Positions 11,996-23,630 of a stretch of 64,000 nucleotides of DNA are shown one piece after another. The first letter of the stretch is position 1, and every line of letters begins with the position of its first letter. A program made the position numbers and the translations under genes. Location of the stretch: assembly GCA_013239625.1 (NCBI GenBank), contig MU053994.1, positions 4,135,434 to 4,199,433 of the forward strand, written 5' to 3'. Source of the stretch: Lama guanicoe. Taxonomy: Eukaryota. The notes under the pieces were generated by a model, which ran no database searches, was not told the origin of the DNA, and was given only the letters and a program-made list of their open reading frames with translations.

Positions 11996-12914
11996 ACAGT
12001 AATCATCACCCGTGTATCATGGGAAGTTGTAGTCCAGACACTATCAAGCTGCCATCTAAGAGCCCTAATCCTATCACTTCCTGCTTTAGTGGATGAGAGA
12101 AAAGGAGCAGGAACTAAGTCTCCTGCCCTGACTGTGTGGGAGTTGGCCTTTCCTGCTCTATATCCTCCCCACCCTGCCTTCGTAGACATTGAAATGGTGC
12201 GTGGGGGACCACTCTCAGCTTCTGGTGTCAGACAAGCAAAGATGAGATGCACTCTTTAACCTTTTGCACTAGCTCATACTTTAATGGTTGCAAGTTTCAA
12301 ATCACATCCCAAGCTCCTTGGAACTCAAAATTGAGTTATCTGACTCAGTAAAATGTAGCTTTCTCACTTAAAAGGATTTGCCCAAGGGACCTCTGGGATT
12401 TCAAATATACTTAAAAGCAACAACTGTGTTGAATCACAGAAGCATAAGGGATTGCATTTCCGCTGAAGAACACACAGGATGTATTAAACAGAGGGGGAAA
12501 TGTTTGTAGTTAAACAAGCTTTGAGTTTCATCTCACCCACCACAGTTGAAAACTATCCGAGTCATTTGATGAAGGCAAGCTACAGCTGGGCTCCTTCATT
12601 CTGATGATGTTATTGTGGCTTTATTGCCTTGACATTGAGATGCTATCTCTACAGGAACGTTTGCACTTATATCTTCTAGCCCCTTTTTACCAGAATCAGG
12701 AAGAGCCCATTTTCCAAAGTCTATCTGGAGGAGGGTAGGCTGGGGTTGGCTGGGAGCAACTCCCTCATCAGCAGAAGACTGGTGTTCTCACAGCAGCGCG
12801 TACAGCTCTGGACAAGACAGTGAAGGGAAACAGGGCTTATCTAGGCTCTGAGTTGCTATCAAAAAAGGTTCCAATAATAGATTAATAATTATATAATTAA
12901 TAATAATATAATCT

Positions 12915-13092
12915 AACTTTGGGAAAACTACTTAACCTCTCTGATTAGGTGTTACTTTTCTCACTATTAAATGGAGCTAACACTAGTTACCTAGGAGAGT
13001 TGTGAGGATGAAATGAGAAAATATCAGAGAAAAAGGTGCCTGGGACAGTGCTGGACCCATAACAAGTATTCAGTAAATGTGAGTTGTTGCTA
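12915..13092 (+). mobile_element. MIR SINE
   Basis: acttaacctctctg, gttgtgaggatgaaatgag, tcagtaaatgt. Confidence 0.7.
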
Positions 13093-13894
13093 TTGGGGTT
13101 GTTACTGCCTGTCCCACAAATGTCCATTGCTCTTTACTATTTATTAAAACCTACTTCCAGATGTTTTATTTACCTAAGAAATCAACGAAAATAAGTCAGT
13201 CTTACCTTCCTTCCTAAATTCTTGATCAGTCCCTGACATGGAACTCAGAGAGCAAGGAATAATAAAATGTGAGCCCTCCAAATTTGTTCCAGGACTGTCC
13301 GGACCTCCACACTGAGGCAGTATAGTGGAAAGAGCCCTGGATTTGGGGCCAGATTTTGAGGTCAAATCTGAGGAAACCCACATAACTTTGGAAACTTAGA
13401 CAAGACACTTCAACTCCTTCGGCCTCCTTACAACAGATGAAAGGGCTTAGTGGGGTCTTAGATCACTGTTTTTCAAATCTTTTTTTGCCATAGAACTATT
13501 TATTCAAGTAAACTCTCACAGGGAAATACCACGTGTACATCAGATGAGATGGATTTGGGAGATGAGCTGCTGGAGTTCCTCTCCCCAGGTCTTGGAAGGA
13601 TTCTCTGACCCTCCAGGCAATACAAAGTCACTACATGCTACTCAACTACAGGCCCACCAAAATCCCTTCTGGGTCTAATGCCCTCTGTGCTATCTTCTTT
13701 CCTTAAACACCAGGCTAGATTCCCATCATCCTCTGAGCCTGTTCTGCTTGTACCTACCTTTCATCTTGAGGTTCCTCATCCTTGAAAGATATTCGAGTTT
13801 CTCCTCCCTATTGGATCTGTATCCATAGTCACAGTCTCTCACCCTTAGACTATTCAGAATGGGAGACTTCTTCCATTTGAGCACAATGTTAAAA

Positions 13895-13936
13895 ATATAT
13901 ATATACATCTAATATATATATATATATATATATATA
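13895..13936. repeat. (TA)n microsatellite, interrupted
   Basis: Read directly. Confidence 0.95.
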
Positions 13937-14511
13937 AACACTGAAATATCTCAGAGAGAACATGCATTCTCCAGTTCCTGGTGGGCCCCACTACTCCCTA
14001 GTACTTGCTCTCACTCAAGTCAAACATGTGTATTACTTGCCTGGCCCCCCAAAGGCATATTAATTTATAACGTCAAATCTGTCACCTGTCATTCAAGGTC
14101 CTGCTCAGGTTTAGCTCTCAGACTCCTCTAGAAGCTCTCATCTCCATGATTGTATTGTACTTACAATATAGTTGTAAAGATAAAAATAACAAAAATAGAA
14201 AAAAGTAGAGAATAACTTGGAGTTAAAATTTGGAGAACTAATTATAAAAAGAGAGCAGCTGGTCAACTTCTTCTGGCTCTCTTACAGCAACTTATAGCAA
14301 ATATGCAATCTCTTCTTGATTGGTCAAATATATGTTCATGGAATAGAATTAATTTGAAAAGATTTGGCTTAATAATCATAATCAGCAGTATATTAAGATG
14401 ACACTAATTTCAGTTAGGAAAAACTCAACATTCCATAGGCTTAACACAATAGAATTTAATTTCTTACATATGAGTCCAGTGTGGGTGTATTTAGTATATA
14501 GATAACTTTAA

Positions 14512-14900
14512 AAAATCTTTTATTTTAGAAGAATTTTAGGTTTACAGAAGAATTGCAAAGATAGTACAGAGAGTTCTCAGATAGCCTTTCTCCCGTTTTT
14601 CCTAATATTAACATGTTATATAATCATGGTACATTTATGAAAACTACAGAATTAACATTGGTACAGCCCTCTTAACTAAACAACAGACTTTAATCAGATT
14701 TCACCAATTTTTCCACTAATATCCTTTTTCTGTTCCAGTGCCCAACCCAAGACACCACATTGCGTTTAGTTATCTTGTCTCCTTAGTCTCCTCCAATCTG
14801 TGACAACTTCTTAGTCTTTACTTGTTTTTTATGATCTTGGCACTTTTGGAGACAGATGGTTTATAGAATGCCCAGCAGTTTGAGTTTGTGTGAGGTGTTC
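14512..14900 (-). mobile_element. Old L1 (L1MC-like) 3' UTR fragment
   Basis: ttttaggtttacagaagaattgcaaagatagtacagagagttc; ttaacattggtaca; caccacattgcgtttagtt. Confidence 0.75.
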
Positions 14901-14909
14901 TTGTGCCCA

Positions 14910-15022
14910 CGATACTGCTTTCAGACTTCTGGCCTCCAGAAAAGTAAGAGACTAAATATCTGTTGTTTTAAGGCATGAAGTTTGTCATAATTTCTCACAG
15001 CAGCCACAAGAAACAAATACAC
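14910..15022 (+). mobile_element. MLT1 LTR 3' fragment
   Basis: tcagacttctggcctccagaa...tgttgttttaag...cagcagccacaagaaacaaataca. Confidence 0.7.
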
Positions 15023-15574
15023 CTAGGTTATTTTTTTTTTTTCCTTGCTTCGTGTTCTCTGAGCCTCTTGGATCTATGGTTTGGTGTCTGTTACTAACTT
15101 TGGAAAATTCTCAGCCATTATTTCATTATTTCTTCAGCCCTTCTCCTTTCTTTTCCTTTCCTCTCCTGAAATTTCATTACAGAAGTGTTAGGTCATTTGG
15201 TATTGTCCCACAGCTCTTGGAGCTTCTGTTTTTCTTCTCATTCTTTTTTTCTCTTTGAATTTCAATTGGGGTCTCCTGTGAGGGAGCTAGGGCTTTATAT
15301 TTCTGCATTACCCAGCCATTTCATGTGAGCTGGTCCAAAGTCATACATCTGAAAGGCAGGTGTCTCCAGCTAGGGGAAATATCTAGAGAGAGCTGAGACC
15401 TGAGGACCATGAGCTAGTAGCAGCTGGAGGAGTAAGACTTGAAGGGGCTCTGGGCAATGCATAATGGCTTCCACCACATTGAATCAAACCATATGCATAT
15501 TTTAAGGCTCTTGCTAGACCACTGTCAAAAGTTTCACAACTTCACAAAAAGTGTTCTAGAAAGGGTATACTTAA

Positions 15575-15711
15575 TCTCTTGCACTTAGTTTTCTCATCTG
15601 TAAAGTAGAAATTAAAAAATCTACTTCATAGAGTTTTCATTGTAAGAATTTAAATGAGTAAATATAATATGCTTAGAACAGTACCTAGAATATACTAAAC
15701 ACTAAATTCTT
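15575..15711 (+). mobile_element. MIR interrupted by the 3.3-kb cassette; tail resumes near 19001-19030
   Basis: agttttctcatctgtaaa...ctacttcatagagtt...gcttagaacagtacct. Tail ttgtttattatta follows the right TSD. Confidence 0.7.
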
Positions 15712-16025
15712 TTTTTTCTCATAAATTTGACATGTTACATTTTGTAAACTTAAGGTATACAGCATGTTAATTTGATACATTTATATATTGTAATATTATC
15801 ATTGAGGCAATATTTATCACATTACATAATCATAGTCCAATATTACTGTCTATCTTCATACTATGCGTTAGATCTCTATGACTTAATCACTAGTCATTAC
15901 AAGTTTGTAACCTCAAACACTATCACTCTTACTCCCCCCACCCTCTAATCCCTGATAATCACCATTTTACTCTTTGTATTTTTACAGATTTGACTTTTTT
16001 AGATTCCACATATAAGTGCCATCAC
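15712..16025 (-). mobile_element. L1 3' end (L1MA-like) with poly(A), forming the 3' part of the chimeric cassette
   Basis: T run, then aaggtatacagcatgttaatttgataca, ttagatctct, accattttactct, tttagattccacatataagtg. Confidence 0.85.
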
Positions 16026-18837
16026 TTAACTCAACTTAGAAAAACTAAGTTTTTGGTAATGGAAATTACCAAAAGATTTGGGAAACTATTTTTAAGTAGA
16101 CATACTATGAAACATAATTACTGCTGAAAAGTTCACCTAAAAAATCTTATCCCACTTATACCTAACTAAATCACTGTTCTTAACGATTATGTTTAGACTA
16201 CCCATGAAAACTTCATGAGACATTAGATAAAGTCAACCATCATCTCAAGCGATTTTCTTGCTGACAAATTTTGTAACAGAGATAACATGAACTTATGACT
16301 AGTAGACTCAGAATAAAGTTGTGTGTCTGTGTTATATTTACTGCTGCTAACTCTGAAGATATACCTATCTGAATTAAACCAATAAATTTACACAAGCTTT
16401 ATTTACTGGAGCATACCCCAGAATATCCCAGATCATGTGAACTTGAAAATAATTTGGATTAGTTTTTATATTTCTGAGAGTTTTAGAATACCCAGTCCTT
16501 ACAAGAGCTTGTCCTTCAAACCCACCAAATAGAGCTCTTGTACAAATTAATTTTGGCAATACCGTCCAAAGGGAAAAAAATATCACAGATACATAGACAC
16601 AAAAAACAGTTGCAGGCACCCTACAGTTATTTTTCTAAAATTTGAGTCATGAATCAGGTACAATAATACAAAACTCAACTAGTTTATAAGTCACAATTAG
16701 ATTCAAATTTTGTCTCTAGAAGTTGGAATAAATTTCCCCATTCAGATAACTGAAGCTTTTTTTTTTTTAACTAATAATTGTGGAGAAGACACGGAAGATT
16801 TTTCATTTGCCCATATTCTAAACAGCTGCTTTTGTTGTTGTTGTTGTTGAGAAACATTTCTCTAAAGTTTTGCATTTCAAAGAATGGCTCTTAGTTCCTA
16901 GAGAAGGTGAGGGTAGAATATTTACATCTCAAAGGCACAGAGAAAGTACCCAAGTTTTTTTCCAAAGAGTTTTAATATGTATTTATCTATTTTCAGAGGT
17001 ATAGTGAAATTACTATTTAAAATTTCCTTCTTTTTCTTAAGTACAGGACAGTTCTATTTCCAATGTCCAAATCTTTTACAATATCTGCAAACATTCTGAG
17101 ATGAATAGAAGAGATTTGGGAATTGGTGAAAAGAATGGGTGAACTTTGCATTGCTTCTAGAGCTGCATTTGTGGTTTTATACAGATTTGCAAGACAAAGA
17201 CAGTTGTTTCATGTTCCTCCAAGAATTCAGTTGTAGCCTCAGTGGTAGCAAAAGGCTGATCTGCCCATCCAACTACATTTTCTTTAATTAACTTCTTTAT
17301 ATCCAGAATATTTCTAAATGAGATGTAAATCAAAAGATTTCTATGCTCTAGAACTTCAGGGTTTGATACAGTATGCCTTTTAAAAAGTGTATATAAAGCA
17401 TTCAACAAAGGCCTTCTTTTTGAGTGCACAATTCAACCTTGGACCAATTCACTTTAAGGGGAAAACCCTCTATTATTGATTTTATCAACCCCTGAACATC
17501 AGCCTTCAGCTGATCATTTGTACAAGGGTCCAGGAGAAATTCTGGTCAGCTGTTTCATCTGTGAAGTGGGGTTTTCCCCAGGGGGCTATTTGGCTTGTCT
17601 GATAACAAAGAGTATAATTATGGGTAGGAAGAACAGATCTTAGCAGCCAATCAAGGTGTCTGTGAGTGGGGGTTGTGAACGGCCACTAATCTTTCTAACT
17701 CCTCTCTGAATTTGGTCAGATCTTCAGAAAGTGGAGGCAAAAAGATCTTTGTAATTTTATCTTTTTAAAGAGATTTTTTTTAAGATTAGCTGTCATATTT
17801 CTTTGTGTCCTCTTTTCAGGTTAGTCTTTCCACAGGTACCAGACAATTGTTTGTGACGAGAACTCTAAACATTTTTCAAATATAGACTTTTTCCAATTCA
17901 AAGAATTCATAGTCTGGCCACTGACCAGTATGATCTTATATTAACCTCATTATCAACTCAAACCAACAAACCTTTTTATAGCTTAATCATGGACGCAAGA
18001 GGCATCTCAAAAGAGTGAAAAAGGTATAGTCCTCACAACGTCCAGAAAGTCCACTCCCAGAGTTAGCCTAAGAAAGCAAAGGCTTTTATTGTCATAAGCA
18101 GTCAGAATGGTATAGTGAAAATAGTGTCTCCAGTTTCCCACAAGAATATGAGACAGTTCCAGTCACAGACCTGCTAATCTAGAACATTGGGCAAGTGCTA
18201 TTAGAATGAAACTTTTCCAGCATTAATGAGACAATGAAGTTTGAGACAACAATGGCCCCTAATGGACTGGGATCCCTTATGACAAAAATCCACTGAGAGG
18301 TAGCACAGGCAGACAAAGAGGATGCTGCTTCCCAGATCCACAGCCTGTTTGGCTGTCTACCAGCTACATGCTGGTACATGCATCCTCTGGACAGCAGAAA
18401 CCAGAGAGAATATTCTCGCTGGTCACAAGGCCAAGTTCTGAAGACATAGAACAAGATGAAAGGAAAACCTCATCAATCAGACCTATAGTTCTTGTCCTCT
18501 TGACAAACGACACCAAAGACAGAAACAACAGAAAGTAATGACCATCTCTGGGAAGAGGAGAATCAAGAGTACTCATAACCAAATACTTTATCAGAGTCTC
18601 TATACCCAAGGAGATAATTAACACAAATAATTTCCCCTGGTAGTCTAAATTTGGAAAGAAAGAGACAAGAAAATTCTTCCTTCCTCTCTCAACCAGGCAC
18701 TACAGACTGAGATCTGGGGAACTGACTTTGGTAAGAATTCTTAGCCTTCGTTGGCTCCTGCCAGTTTTCCAGGATTGTATCTGCAGGTTTTGGAGTGAGT
18801 ATGGTGTCTCAGAAAGTCCCACCTAGGTTGCCAATAC
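16026..18837 (-). mobile_element. ERV class I (MER4-group-like) AT-rich internal sequence, no intact ORF
   Basis: Directly follows the LTR end and PBS. Leader has taagaattcttaccaaagtcag. The AT-rich body (tgctgacaaattttgtaacagaga, acaaattaattttggcaa) resembles non-autonomous ERV1 internals. Confidence 0.7.
18816..18833 (-). other. Retroviral primer-binding site, tRNA-Arg-like
   Basis: Minus strand TGGCAACCTAGGTGGGAC, 4 nt after the LTR-terminal CA. Three mismatches to the recalled Arg PBS TGGCGACCCAGATGGGAC. Confidence 0.7.
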
Positions 18838-19000
18838 TGTGGGGGAGGAAAATAATTTTCCTTCTACCTTTCTAGGTTCTTGGCTGAGACAACTCTGTAA
18901 TAAAAAGACAGATTATCAGGGGAAAAAAAAACAGACATGAGTTTAATAACATGACAGTATCCTGTATACATGACAGAGACCTAGGAATACTGAGTAACAT
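18838..19000 (-). mobile_element. 5'-truncated ERV1 LTR (R-U5 only, ~163 bp)
   Basis: Minus strand has ATTAAA, then tgataatctgtctttt, and ends aaaattattttcctcccccaCA. It starts right at the TSD with no U3. Confidence 0.75.
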
Positions 19001-19429
19001 CTAAATACTAAATTCTTGTTTATTATTAACCGTTGTCATTTTGCACGGGCACTAGCAGTATATAAAAGTGCCTATTTTCCGACACAGTAGCCACCCATGA
19101 GGGTTTTCTTTAAAAATTTAAATTACCACTTAAGACCATTTATATTTCTTTGTGGATTATCTGCTCATACCTTTTTCTTATTTTCTATTATGGTGTATTT
19201 TTTTCTTAATGATTTGTGAGAATTTTTTTCAGATATTTAGAACATTCATCATTTATCAGTCATGTAAATCATATAAATTGGACACATTTCTAGTTTCTTG
19301 TATACCTTTTATCTTGTCTAGGTTAGATTACTATATTTTTACATACTTACTGTAAGAAACCTAATTAGTGGATCAATGTCAAAATAGCATTAATGATAAT
19401 AATTATAATGATAAAGATATTCTTTAATG

Positions 19430-19650
19430 TTGGCTAATATCAGTTGAGTATTTACCATTCTGGCATGGTAAGAGGCATTCATTCGTTTATGCATTATTTT
19501 ATTTAATTCTCCCCACAAATCTTTGAGATGAGATTTTATGCTCATTTAATAGATAAGAAAGCTGAGGATTAGAGAGATTAAATAAGTTATCCGAAGCTGG
19601 TAAGTGGTGGACCAGGGACCAAAACTCAGTTCTGTTAGATTCCACAGCCA
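19430..19650 (-). mobile_element. MIR SINE
   Basis: atttaattctccccacaa...gataagaaagctgaggattagagagattaaataa. Confidence 0.7.
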
Positions 19651-20059
19651 GATTCCAAAGCCAAGGTGTGCTTTGTGAAACACTATCCCATGAAACTCTG
19701 CATATACACACACGTACAAATATGCACATACACACAAACACACACGTGTTCCATCGTCAGATCAATCTGGTAGAATCTTGAATCTGATTCCCAGAGATGG
19801 TCCATAGATGTTAACATATTAAAAGCTCCAGGGGACACTTTAGGAAAAAAACTTGTTTAACTTGTGTAACCCAGGATTTTCCCCAAATTAATTCATCATG
19901 GATCTTTTAGTTCCCACCATACCACTAACAGACTGCAGAAATAGTGTTCTACTTCACACACTTGCCATTTGATCACTACTCAGTCTCTCAACCAGACGAG
20001 GTCTTCAGTGCCCAGATCTCTGGGATTCTGTTCACCCATCATCGATACAGATATAAACA

Positions 20060-20330
20060 AAGAAACCGACCTAATCAAATTAGCTAGTGACTCAAAGTGG
20101 GGAAGAAAAGCTGCTATACTAGATAACAAACTAAGGATTTAATAATCTGGAAAGAGAGACAGAAGTAAATAAGATCAAATCTGACAGGGATAAATGTGAA
20201 ATCTTGAAGTTAGGTTAAAACAAAAATCAATAATATGAGTATAAGTTAGAAGGGAGCTTGATTTCACAGTAGTTTGTGTGGGGAAGCCTGGGGGATTTAA
20301 TTGATCAGAAATGCAATAAAAAAAATAGGA
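20060..20330 (+). mobile_element. CR1/L3 LINE RT remnant
   Basis: ctaatcaaattagctagtgactcaaagtgggga resembles LIKFADDTKLG. gggataaatgtgaaatcttgaagttagg and gggatttaattgatca follow. Confidence 0.55.
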
Positions 20331-20634
20331 ATGTATTCAATAATCAAGGAAGTACAGATTTAAACCTGCATGAATACAAAGGTAGTGTTCAGGGTGGCAG
20401 AGATTGGTGTCCATTCCCTGGCCAAGGTGCTAGTCAGAGGGTGTCTGGAGTACTGTGATGTTCCTGGCAGCCTGGTTCAGGACAGCCAATGAATGGCAAT
20501 CCAAAACCTCTCCAGATAGCATTGGCTTAGATAATAAGGAGTCCAGCAGCCACCACCTTTGAAGCAATAGTGGAAACAACTCAAGCTGTTGAGTCTGGCA
20601 AGAGTAGATTCAGGATGGCTGTTGAGAGTAGATG

Positions 20635-21040
20635 ATTGTACTGGATGTTTTTCATTTCTCTCTCTCTCTATTCATTCTCCATCCTTCTGCATTGTTCTTT
20701 GTATCCTAGGAGGCCCCTGGCCCTTTATTTGCCAGTGCAAAGCACTGGGGGAGACTAGAAGGTAAGAGGAGAGTGAGGTGGGTATTTATTCCCTTGGCTG
20801 CTTCCTGCTGGCTTGCTGGGTGACCGTCTCCTCCAACTTCAGCTACCCTCTCTGGTCTCAAGTAACCTTTCCTTCCCCTTGACCCTTCAGGCTTAAGATC
20901 CTGCTCTTGCTAGTACTGGGGTCCTCCTAGGACTTGCTTAACCCTGCTCACATCTTTATAATACCCTTTCATCATGCTCTCCTCAATTACCCTGCGTGAG
21001 TGTGTGACCTGTTTCCTGCTGGGACCAGACTCATACTGAT
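20635..21040. mobile_element. ERVL solo LTR (LTR16/33-like)
   Basis: gagagtgaggtgggtatttattccc; ccttgacccttcaggcttaag; tgtttcctgctgggacc...tgat. Confidence 0.55.
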
Positions 21041-21134
21041 GCTGGAATGATTAGGATGATTATTTGTGAATATTTCAAGGGCTGTCGTCTGAAAGAGGTT
21101 GGAATTAAGACCAGAGAGTGGAAGTTATGGGATA

Positions 21135-21590
21135 TTGAATTCATGCACTCCTTTATTCATGCATGTAATCTTATTAAGCCTCTACTATGTTCCAAGCATT
21201 GTGTTAAGCATGAAGCAGTGTTCTAAAACTTTATAGCAAAGTGGCTTAATCTTGGTTAGATGTTGGAGAGGCCTCCCAGGAAATGAGCCAAGAGATGAGT
21301 AGGGATTGAAAGGGAAAGAAAGAAGAACCTGGTCAGGATGTTCCAGGAAGAGGGATGTGTCTGTGAGCAGGCTCGATGTGCGAATGAGAGAGGTTTATTC
21401 TAGAAAGTGAAAGATGGCCCCAGTGTCTAGAGTTCCTCTCTCTTCCAGCTGGGAAGAGAAGAACATCAAGGAATGAGGCTGAGAGGTAGGCCGAGGGCGA
21501 AACATGCAGAGCTGTTCTGAACACGGACTGGATCCCAAGGGCCATGGGAGCCCCTTGAAAGTTTTAAAGGAAGGGAGGCACCCATATGAC
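21135..21590 (-). mobile_element. L2 3' fragment
   Basis: ttattaagcctctactatgttccaagcattgtgttaagc; gttccaggaagagggatg; gggagccccttgaaagttttaa. Confidence 0.65.
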
Positions 21591-22527
21591 TTTCTCTCTC
21601 CATTGCAGTGGGAAGAGAACAAGACTGTCCAAGAATCAGAGCTGTTCAGATATAAATCAAGCTGCCTCACCAAAGAACACGCAGCCAGTTCCTGGAAGCA
21701 GGCAAAGAGAGCCTGGATGACAGCTCCAGGCTATTTTTCAAGGGGAAAGCACATTTAGTGGAAAGTTGGACTAGAGGACAGATGGCCATGGTCCTTTTGA
21801 ATTCTGATAATCCCGAGGCTCCTCTGGTCTGACCGCCGTGTTCCACAGTAGGATAAAAGATAATGGTTCGAGAATTCATTCATTGTCACCCACAATGGGC
21901 AGTGAAAAGTCATTCTCTTCTTGCCCAGCCCCTCCCCTTGGGCCTAGAAAGCCAGATACACGTCCAGAGCTGAACTTCTGGGATACACAAGGCTGTAGTG
22001 TTTGTGTTCTCATCCAAGCTGACACAGGGAGGACACCGACCACTGGTGAGTTCCAGAGAATGGCTCCGCCAGCATCCAACTTTCAGTCTGCTAATCTCTG
22101 GCTCTGTAGTCTAGGATATTAGACAAGTTCACTATTATCTCTTCTTTTAAAATTAAACCCCGCAAAAAATAAGAAAGCGAACATCTCAGGGTCAGTGTCA
22201 CACTTTGGTGACAGCAGGGACCGGGCAAGGTCTGAGGGCTCTGAAGGCATAGGCGTCGTCAAACACAGCGGCCGTCTTGTTTTGGAACTCAATCCCAGGG
22301 ACTGGGCAGAGCTGTGTGTGATAACGCAGCTATGTGCAAATGCCAATGCTGGGGTGATAATTATAGAAACCTTCTCATTATGCTTGAATGGGGGCCAACA
22401 CTTGGCCCTGCCAGCAAGGAGGGTGTGAGGCTGCAAACCTGGCACCGTTTAGAGAAAGCTGGCTTTTGCAGCCAGCACGGGCATCTGAGGTGTGCCAGAG
22501 AGCCTGCCTTCCCGCATCCTATTGGCG

Positions 22528-22544
22528 AGCGCCCCTAGTGGCCA
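22528..22544 (-). promoter_or_regulatory. CTCF-like motif next to an inverted CCAAT box
   Basis: Minus strand TGGCCACTAGGGGCGCT, one G short of the canonical core. ATTGG at 22521-22525. Confidence 0.4.
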
Positions 22545-23384
22545 CTTCTGGTCTCCTACCTCAGTCAATGTCTTTGTCCCTAACTGGTCTGCGGGAAACA
22601 AGGCAGCTTTGTCAGTAGGGCTCAGTTTTCCAGTCACTAGTCCGCTCAACTCCTGTTCCCAAGACTCATCTTCCTACCCCACAGCATACTTCTTTCTTTT
22701 TCACAATCCTGGAATGGATTCATGTTCCCTAACATGCCAAGTATAGGATGTGTTTGATCTAGGTAGTCCCTACAATGACACAAGGAATCTAGCTTTCCAG
22801 ACACTTCTGGCCTTGAATGAGGACAGGTTTACTTAGGCTGAAATAGCCATTCATCAAAGATTATGTGAAAGTCATCAATCTACACTTTGAGTTGTAATAA
22901 CTTCAACAGGAGCACAGAAGAGGTCCTCCCCATCCTACCAGGATCAGCAGGGCAGCAGCAGGAGGGGACCCACTGGGGAGAAGGGGAGAAAGAAAGAAGC
23001 AGTTGACATGGGAGCGATGGCCATGAAGGAGGAAGCAAAGCGTAATGAAGTGAATGTGTGAGGGTTTCAGTTTCTTCATGAAAGTATGCTATTACCAAAA
23101 AGCAACTTCCTCTACTGGCATTTTTGCTTTTTCCAATAGAGACGAAGAAGTACAGTTTTATGTAACACATATAACAGGGAAAGTAGAACGGTGACCCTGG
23201 GAAAATTACAGCATTAAAAGTAATAAGCCTGCCATTGCCAATAAACCACACAGACACCATGCCGTGCTATCTTGAGTATAAAGGTGACATTTTTACAGTT
23301 ATTCTTATAGTAACTTCTCCAAACTGCAACTGCATTTTGAACATCATGCTTTCACACAGAGACTCTTTCTAGAGTTTGAGGATT

Positions 23385-23630
23385 TCTGGGGCTTTGTCCT
23401 TCAAGGCCCAGGTCAGGCATCCCCTTCTTAAGAATGCCCACAGCCTAGGTTATATGCTCCTGTAATATCTCCCTCTCATGGAAGTAACCTTATTTACATA
23501 TTTCGTAGTTGTTTACTTATCTTTCCACCCAGTAGATTATGAGCTTCCTGAAGACAGGAACCATGTTTTGTTCATTTCTGAATCCCCAGTGTCCGTCAGT
23601 TCCTGGCTTTGTAAAGGTTTGTAGAGTTGA
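23385..23630 (+). mobile_element. L2 3' fragment
   Basis: tagattatgagcttcctgaagacaggaaccatgttttgttcatttctgaatccccagtg. Confidence 0.7.
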
